Part shown: in pieces, positions 58,168 through 64,000 of the stretch
How the letters are laid out: each line of letters starts with the position of its first letter
Numbering within the stretch: the first letter of the stretch is position 1
Assembly (NCBI GenBank): GCA_021513715.1
Contig: CP084167.1
Location: 2,464,001 to 2,528,000 of the forward strand
DNA length: 64,000 bases
Direction: 5' to 3'
Source: Candidatus Heimdallarchaeum endolithica
GTDB taxonomy: Archaea; Asgardarchaeota; Heimdallarchaeia; Heimdallarchaeales; Heimdallarchaeaceae
Notes under the pieces: generated by a model
Database searches by the model: none
What the model was told of the DNA's origin: nothing
What the model saw: the letters and a program-made list of their open reading frames with translations, nothing else
Made by a program: the position numbers and the translations under genes

Positions 58168-59540
58168 TCTTCTGGGATAATTAGAATTCCAATATCCATA
58201 ACGTTTGTGCCAGTGTATCCTGTAATTATTTCTCCTTTGTGTTTATGGAAAAAACTGTTTGTATCATGTTTCTTTAAACTCTCTTTTGCCTGCTTTTTTC
58301 TTAATTTGCTATCAATTGTAAACGGACCAACAATTGCTCCTGCTGCATCAGAGTTTCCGTCAATCCCATCTGTTCCAAATTCAATAAGATATGCTTTTTT
58401 ATTGTTTCTTATTTTTAAAGCAAAAGACAAAGCTAATTCTTGATTTCGCCCACCTTTTCCAATATTTGCTGTTTCTTTAGGAAGTTTTACTGTAGTTTCT
58501 CCTCCCCATAAAAATGCTCTCTCTTGTGGATATTTTTTTACATACTTTTTAGCTAACCATTTGCCTACTTTCGCAGCTTCTCCTTCAATGTTGTATGAAA
58601 TAATTTTTCCTTTAATGTCGTTTTGTTTTAATATTTTTTCTTTTAAATGGTCTATGACGATTTGATTGCTACCAATTAATATATTATTTACTTTGTTGAA
58701 TTTTTCTTTATTTTTTGGAGTTTCATGCTTCTTTTGCTTCTGCCTATTTTGTAGTATCTCTTTTGCTTCTTTTGGTAATCTTTTTTCAATTTTGTATTTT
58801 CTGATTATTCTTTTACAGTCTTCCCATGTTGTTGTATCCATAACAGTAGGGCCTGAAGCTATATTTGTTGGGTCATTTCCTGGTACATCAGAGATAATAA
58901 ATGAATAAATATTTGCAGATGTGTAGTTAACTATTTTTCCTCCTTTGATTTGAGAAAAGTGTTTTCTTATAGTATTTATTTCATGTATTGTGGCACCACT
59001 TGATAATAAAAGTTTCATTAACTTTACATAACTATTCATTTTGATAATTGGTAGTTCAAATAAAGATGACCCTCCTCCTGAAATAAGAAAAAAACAAACA
59101 TCTTCTTGTTTTAATTTTGATAATATTTTAATTGCCTTTTTTGCACTGTTAATACTTTCATCATTTGGTATAGGGTGTCCTCCTTTAAAAAAATGACAAT
59201 TAGACATTTCTTTTATTTTATCACTTGTTTCATCTGGAGATGAAACAAGAATCTGATTGAAAAAGTAAGGTGAATTAACTATAAACCAATTAGCCATTGT
59301 TTCTGCAGCTTTTCCAAATGAAATCAAGCAAAAATTCGCATTTTTGTCAAAAGTAATTTTATTTTTTTTGTATATTAAGCTATTTTTCTCAATTTTTATA
59401 TTATTGCTTAAAAAAGAACTTGGTTGTGAAAAATTTAAAGTTTCTTCAGCTACACCTAATAAGAATTCAACATATTTCCTTTCCTTTTTATTTGAAATCT
59501 TAGATAAAAGTTCTTTTCTGTTTTTAATCCATTCTTTCAT
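58164..59540 (-). CDS. Glycerate 2-kinase (MOFRL family)
   Basis: GGHPIP, LISGGGSSL, SDVPG..IASGPT, GGETTV, GGRNQE, TDGIDG, TGTNVMD. Confidence 0.93.
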   Translation of the reverse strand: MKEWIKNRKELLSKISNKKERKYVEFLLGVAEETLNFSQPSSFLSNNIKIEKNSLIYKKNKITFDKNANFCLISFGKAAETMANWFIVNSPYFFNQILVSSPDETSDKIKEMSNCHFFKGGHPIPNDESINSAKKAIKILSKLKQEDVCFFLISGGGSSLFELPIIKMNSYVKLMKLLLSSGATIHEINTIRKHFSQIKGGKIVNYTSANIYSFIISDVPGNDPTNIASGPTVMDTTTWEDCKRIIRKYKIEKRLPKEAKEILQNRQKQKKHETPKNKEKFNKVNNILIGSNQIVIDHLKEKILKQNDIKGKIISYNIEGEAAKVGKWLAKKYVKKYPQERAFLWGGETTVKLPKETANIGKGGRNQELALSFALKIRNNKKAYLIEFGTDGIDGNSDAAGAIVGPFTIDSKLRKKQAKESLKKHDTNSFFHKHKGEIITGYTGTNVMDIGILIIPED

Positions 59541-59543
59541 TCT

Positions 59544-60179
59544 TTACATCCTGATGTTCTTTTGAATAATTTCTTGCATAATTTTAGAGGTTGATTTTCC
59601 AGGAACATATTGGTTTAATCGAATTATCTTTATGTGTTCTAATTTATTCTCTCTTAATTTATTCATTAAATCTTCTTCATTGAATTTTTGGTCATATCCT
59701 AGAGCTATTATGTCTGGCATTATCTGTTTTACTGTTAAAATGAAATCCCCCTCGTTTCCAATAACTGCTACATCTACATCTTTTATGTGAGCTATCACTT
59801 GAGCTCGATCTCTTTGCGAGTTTGTTGGTTCGCGTTTTTTTAGTTTCCGAACATTATTGTCTGTTGTAATTACTACAACAAGAACATCTCCAAGTAACTT
59901 CGCTTGTTTAAGAGTAAAAATGTGCCCTATGTGAATAAGATCAAATACTCCACCAGTCATTACTACAGAAATTTGTTTTCTCCCAAATTCTGTCAGAGAA
60001 ATATTATCTTCGTCTTTTTTTGCTAAAGAACCATTTTTTATTAGTTCTTTAACTGTTTCTTGAATAATTTTTACTGGTAGTTCTAATCTTCTTGCAAGAT
60101 TTATACTATTTGTCTTTCTTTCTACTAACGTGTCACAATAAGCATGCCTTAGAATTAAGTTATCAATTGAACCTGTCAT
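59544..60179 (-). CDS. ribL: FAD synthase with N-terminal wHTH
   Basis: GGVFDLIHIGH, PDIIALGYDQ, STSKI; downstream of ribK. Confidence 0.85.
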   Translation of the reverse strand: MTGSIDNLILRHAYCDTLVERKTNSINLARRLELPVKIIQETVKELIKNGSLAKKDEDNISLTEFGRKQISVVMTGGVFDLIHIGHIFTLKQAKLLGDVLVVVITTDNNVRKLKKREPTNSQRDRAQVIAHIKDVDVAVIGNEGDFILTVKQIMPDIIALGYDQKFNEEDLMNKLRENKLEHIKIIRLNQYVPGKSTSKIMQEIIQKNIRM

Positions 60180-60186
60180 TTTCTTC

Positions 60187-60879
60187 TCAACTTCTCTTTA
60201 ATGAATACCGAATTATTATCTCATCTCCGTCTTCTAAGTTAAATTTTTCTCTTATATTAATGTCACTTACAATTTCGGCTATGTTCTTTCCATAGTGTGT
60301 CCTTCTTGGGACAATAATTGCGGCTTTTTCATCAGAGTCGAATAACTTAACTGTGTAGCATAAAACATCTCCAAAACTTCTTCCTTCTTCTTTAAATCCT
60401 GTTATTATTTTAGGGAAAGAACCTCTAATAAGATCTAATTTCTCCACATCGTTAGCCCCTATTCTTACATTTAGCGTTCCTGGGTAAGGTACAAAGCCAA
60501 GTGTTTTTTTGAAGCTCTTTACATAGCTTGGTTGGGACATGTAATATTTTCCTTCTCCAAAACCAGTAAAAATTACCCCACATAGTACAAGTTCTGTTTT
60601 ATCTGGATGAATAGCTTTCTCTAGTTCAAACCTAAGGTTATGCAATGTTTCAATACCTTTTTCTGTTAGCTGTGCATTTGAACCTCTAGGGCCAGATTCC
60701 CATAAAATAAAACCAGTTGCAGCTAGTTTAAGTAAATATCTTGAGGCACTTTGTTGAGATATATTAAACACTTTAGCGACTTCTGTTGTAGTAATTTCTA
60801 CTTTGTGATAAATTGCATGTTTTTGTGCTATGTAGATTAATAATCCAATCTCTCGATTTGACAAATGAAAAATGTTCAC
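60187..60879 (-). CDS. ribK: CTP-dependent riboflavin kinase with HTH domain (RbkR type)
   Basis: SQQSASR HTH, GFGEGKYY, PYPGTLN, PRRTHY, LEDGD. Confidence 0.93.
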   Translation of the reverse strand: MNIFHLSNREIGLLIYIAQKHAIYHKVEITTTEVAKVFNISQQSASRYLLKLAATGFILWESGPRGSNAQLTEKGIETLHNLRFELEKAIHPDKTELVLCGVIFTGFGEGKYYMSQPSYVKSFKKTLGFVPYPGTLNVRIGANDVEKLDLIRGSFPKIITGFKEEGRSFGDVLCYTVKLFDSDEKAAIIVPRRTHYGKNIAEIVSDINIREKFNLEDGDEIIIRYSLKRS

Positions 60880-61348
60880 GAGTTATCAGACATATAGATA
60901 TTTATACTTTCTTAAATTTTTCAGTCAATAAGCTTAATTTTTGTTTATTTTTATATGAAACATTTTCCTCAAAGAAGTTCTGGAGCGCAAAATTTACTAT
61001 TTATTGAACCAAAGGAAAGCTGAATATTTCTCCTCTGTAAAAATGGAAGAAAAAGAATGTTTATTTGCTAACGTTAGAAGGTTAAATAACTTTCTCTTTA
61101 TTCTTTTACCTCTTCTTCCTTTTCAAGAAACCTTTCAAACTTTTTATGTTACTATGCTCTTTCCAACAATTTATATTTTTTTGTAATTTGATAGTACTTC
61201 CGCAATAAGTTGACCGATTTCTATAGGTTAAAATTATAGGCGTTCATACTATCATTGGCGTGTTCTCAATTCATACTTTTTGAGATAATTCGGAAGTACT
61301 AATTTGAATGATAACCTTTAAATAGTCCATTAGAAACTGTTTATTTGA

Positions 61349-61370
61349 GACTTACATTTTTATGTAAGTC
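61349..61370. promoter_or_regulatory. Palindromic operator downstream of a TATA box
   Basis: GACTTACAT-TTTT-ATGTAAGTC perfect 9-bp inverted repeat, about 26 nt after TTTAAAT. Confidence 0.6.
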
Positions 61371-61396
61371 AATTACATCTGTTTGGAGTGAAAAAA

Positions 61397-61531
61397 ATGT
61401 CTCAAAAAGAATCAGTAAAAAAAATAGATGCTGAAATAAAAAAGTTGAAAGAAAAAATAGAAAAAAGTAGAAATAAAAGTGATTCATCTAGGAATTGGGT
61501 GAATTATGATACTTTCAGTATCATTTTTTAG
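61397..61531 (+). CDS. Small 44-aa protein (not in the ORF track)
   Basis: GGAGTGA Shine-Dalgarno-like site; MSQKESVKKIDAEIKKLKEKIEK... Confidence 0.5.
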   Translation: MSQKESVKKIDAEIKKLKEKIEKSRNKSDSSRNWVNYDTFSIIF

Positions 61532-61542
61532 GAGGGTTGAAA

Positions 61543-61863
61543 ATGAAAAAAGAAATTTATGATTTTGATTTATTATCTAAAGAATTATCAAAGTCAATTA
61601 CAAATTGGGCTGAAACAACAATGAGTGCTTTACAGGATGAATTAAAACGATTTTCTGAACCATTAAAACAATTCTCACAAATTTCATCAGAAGGAATTCA
61701 ATCTATATTAGTTAATTTTACCGATAATCTGAGAGAAACAATAACAGAACTATCAGAAGATTTCTTAGATGCAGTAGAAGATGCTCTTGATACTATTGAA
61801 GATGTTATTGATGATCTAGAAGAAATTGCAGAGGAAGGAAAAGAGACAATAATAATAAAGTGA
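61543..61863 (+). CDS. Acidic helical hypothetical protein
   Basis: GGAGG Shine-Dalgarno-like site; amphipathic helical pattern. Confidence 0.7.
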   Translation: MKKEIYDFDLLSKELSKSITNWAETTMSALQDELKRFSEPLKQFSQISSEGIQSILVNFTDNLRETITELSEDFLDAVEDALDTIEDVIDDLEEIAEEGKETIIIK

Positions 61864-61875
61864 TAGGTGATAAAA

Positions 61876-62118
61876 ATGAAAAGAAAAAGTGTAGAAGCAA
61901 ATTTGTTAAAAAGTTTATCCATTTTAAATAAGGGGTTGAGAAAGAAAAATAAAGGAAACACATTCCAATATTTTTCTTCTCTAAATAGTATTTATTTGTA
62001 TGAGACTTTTAATTGTTTTGAACTATCTGTCAACGCCTTCTCAAATAGTAAGTTTTGTTTAACAACAAATAGTTCTTGTAATGTCAAGGTTGTAAAACGG
62101 GGGTCTGTTTATGAGTAA
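61876..62118 (+). CDS. Hypothetical protein
   Basis: AGGTGA Shine-Dalgarno-like site; overlaps the next start codon. Confidence 0.5.
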   Translation: MKRKSVEANLLKSLSILNKGLRKKNKGNTFQYFSSLNSIYLYETFNCFELSVNAFSNSKFCLTTNSSCNVKVVKRGSVYE

Positions 62119-63235
62119 TAGTAATGATAGAGATAAAATTAAGAAAGAATTGGAAGAGTTGAAGAAAAGAAATCAAGAATTAGAGAAGATGATTAAAACA
62201 GTATTTAACAAAATAGATAAAATAAATGGTTTAAAAAAGGAAAATGAGAAAGTAGAAAACGTCACGCCTGATAAAATGAAAAAAAGAGCTGTTGAAAAAC
62301 TTCTTGAAAGAGACCTTCAGAGCTTAAAGGAGAAAAAAATTACTCAGAACCATAGAACTCATCTGTCTCCTGATCCAAAGATAGAAAGAAGAAGAGTTAG
62401 ACGAGATGAAAGAATTCATCCTTTACGAGAAGGACCTTTACCTCCTAGTGCTCCTAATCCTCCTGACGCTCCTTTGCCTCCAGAGCGCATTGATGGTCCT
62501 TCAAGAAAGCATATCTTATTATCTAAAGAAGAGATTGCTCGCGCTAGAGAAGAGATTAATCGTGCAAGAGAAGAGCTTCGACGGGAAAGGGAAAAATTAA
62601 GGCATGAAGCCAGAAGAAAAGCTTTAGAATCTGCCAAGAAATCTGATGCCAAACCTTTCATATTTTCTAAGAATATCGATTTGGATGGTTTTGGGGAAAC
62701 TATTTCAAAGTATGTTGAAAGCATTTTATCGTCTGTTTCAAGAAATATTGAAGAAACAGTAAAAAGCGCTTTTTCTCCAGATAAAGCTTCAACTATTAAA
62801 TTCTCCGGTTCCAGTTCATTCACATCAAATGAAAAAGGGCGTAAATTTTCATTTCCTTATGATTATAGACGGATACCGATAGAAGAAATAGAATCATATC
62901 TTGAAGAAATATCTGAACTTCTATCTGCAATAGGTGATAAAAATCGTTTACATATCTTAAAACTACTTGAACTTCAACCTGAGTATCAAAAAGAATTATC
63001 AGAAAAAACAGGTCTTCGAGGAGGAACTTTTAAACATCATACTGATATCCTAGCCAAAAATGGTCTTATAACCCAAGAAACAGTAAGAGGGCGATATCTT
63101 ATAACACAACTAGGGATTGAAGCTTTAAAACTCGCTGAAATATTATACACTAGAAAACAGGAACTCTACTCTTCAGAAGACTCGTTAGATGATGAAGAAG
63201 AAGATGATGATGAAATAAATATTGATATTAGTTAG
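62111..63235 (+). CDS. ArsR-family wHTH regulator with long coiled-coil/Pro-rich N-terminus
   Basis: LSAIGDKNRLHILKLL...GGTFKHHTDILAKNGLI...GRYLITQLG. Confidence 0.85.
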   Translation: MSNSNDRDKIKKELEELKKRNQELEKMIKTVFNKIDKINGLKKENEKVENVTPDKMKKRAVEKLLERDLQSLKEKKITQNHRTHLSPDPKIERRRVRRDERIHPLREGPLPPSAPNPPDAPLPPERIDGPSRKHILLSKEEIARAREEINRAREELRREREKLRHEARRKALESAKKSDAKPFIFSKNIDLDGFGETISKYVESILSSVSRNIEETVKSAFSPDKASTIKFSGSSSFTSNEKGRKFSFPYDYRRIPIEEIESYLEEISELLSAIGDKNRLHILKLLELQPEYQKELSEKTGLRGGTFKHHTDILAKNGLITQETVRGRYLITQLGIEALKLAEILYTRKQELYSSEDSLDDEEEDDDEINIDIS

Positions 63236-63247
63236 GAGGAATTTAAA

Positions 63248-63910
63248 ATGATATTGAGTATTCGAAATTCTCCTATAAAAATTAAAAAGACAGTTACTCA
63301 TACCTTTAGTAATAATCATGTTAAACTAGAATTGAAGAAAGGTTCTTTACTCTTCCCTATTTTCAATGATTTTGATGATATCCAAGTAGGTTGGTTGTTT
63401 TCTGGAAAACTTTCTATTTTCGGAGATTTGATTGTTCATACAAATAATGGCGCTGCAGGAAAGATCGTTTCACAACAATACACTCACAGTATCTTTATGC
63501 CTGTAGTTCTTGAATTTTTATCCTTTAATGCTGTAAAGGAAATTAATCCATTGTCTGATTTCAGTTATTATACAAAGATAATGGATGATTTTAACAAAAA
63601 AATAGTTTTTACTAGTTTTATTAGAAAAACTTTACCTAATACCTTTATTTGGGGAGATAAGTCAGGATCTTTTTGGATGATCTCAAAAGAAAAAACATTT
63701 TTCGTTCATTTACCCGAAGTATTAGCGCGAGAAAAAGATGATAATCTGTTGTATCTAGACAAAAAGGGTTTTACTATTGTCAAAAACGGTGTTATATCCT
63801 TTGAAACATCAACATTTTTATCTGGTCAAAAAATCAGAAAATTTATCTCTGAAATGTTAGGCAGTGTAAACATCGATACTTTTCTAAGAAATTTTAACAT
63901 CACTTTTTGA
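63248..63910 (+). CDS. Hypothetical beta-rich protein
   Basis: AGGAGG Shine-Dalgarno-like site, 220-aa ORF. Confidence 0.7.
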   Translation: MILSIRNSPIKIKKTVTHTFSNNHVKLELKKGSLLFPIFNDFDDIQVGWLFSGKLSIFGDLIVHTNNGAAGKIVSQQYTHSIFMPVVLEFLSFNAVKEINPLSDFSYYTKIMDDFNKKIVFTSFIRKTLPNTFIWGDKSGSFWMISKEKTFFVHLPEVLAREKDDNLLYLDKKGFTIVKNGVISFETSTFLSGQKIRKFISEMLGSVNIDTFLRNFNITF

Positions 63911-64000
63911 AATTTTTCTTTTTTTTTATTTAAGTTTGAAAATTAAATACTTACACAAGAAAGGTTAATCTAAACATTTTTTTTAATGTAACTTTTCAAA

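Overview
AT-rich archaeal chromosomal window, most likely an Asgard archaeon of the Heimdallarchaeia type. This is inferred from archaeal information and tRNA-modification genes occurring with gyrase, roadblock/longin-like proteins, an LRR protein and a complex-I-like group 4 hydrogenase. Main content: gyrB (partial) and gyrA, each with an intein; an SMC/Rad50-like ATPase with a C-terminal PIP box; a stable-RNA cluster; hypEF, hypD, hypC and two convergent operons for a membrane-bound [NiFe] hydrogenase; an Rnl3 RNA ligase/HARP pair; many housekeeping genes; two tRNA-Lys genes with T-loop introns; an orphan DNA methyltransferase; and an ArsR-type operon. The standout is at 7140-7260 (- strand): a circularly permuted 5S rRNA gene. 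Its 3' half precedes its 5' half, the normal ends are joined by a UUCG tetraloop, and the new ends lie in a bulge-helix-bulge/loop splicing motif. Standard cleavage and ligation at that motif would restore the canonical 5S junction and give a 121-nt circular 5S rRNA. Also notable are repeated local purine/pyrimidine skew switches that override codon and amino-acid usage. All calls come from reading the sequence by eye; no searches were run.
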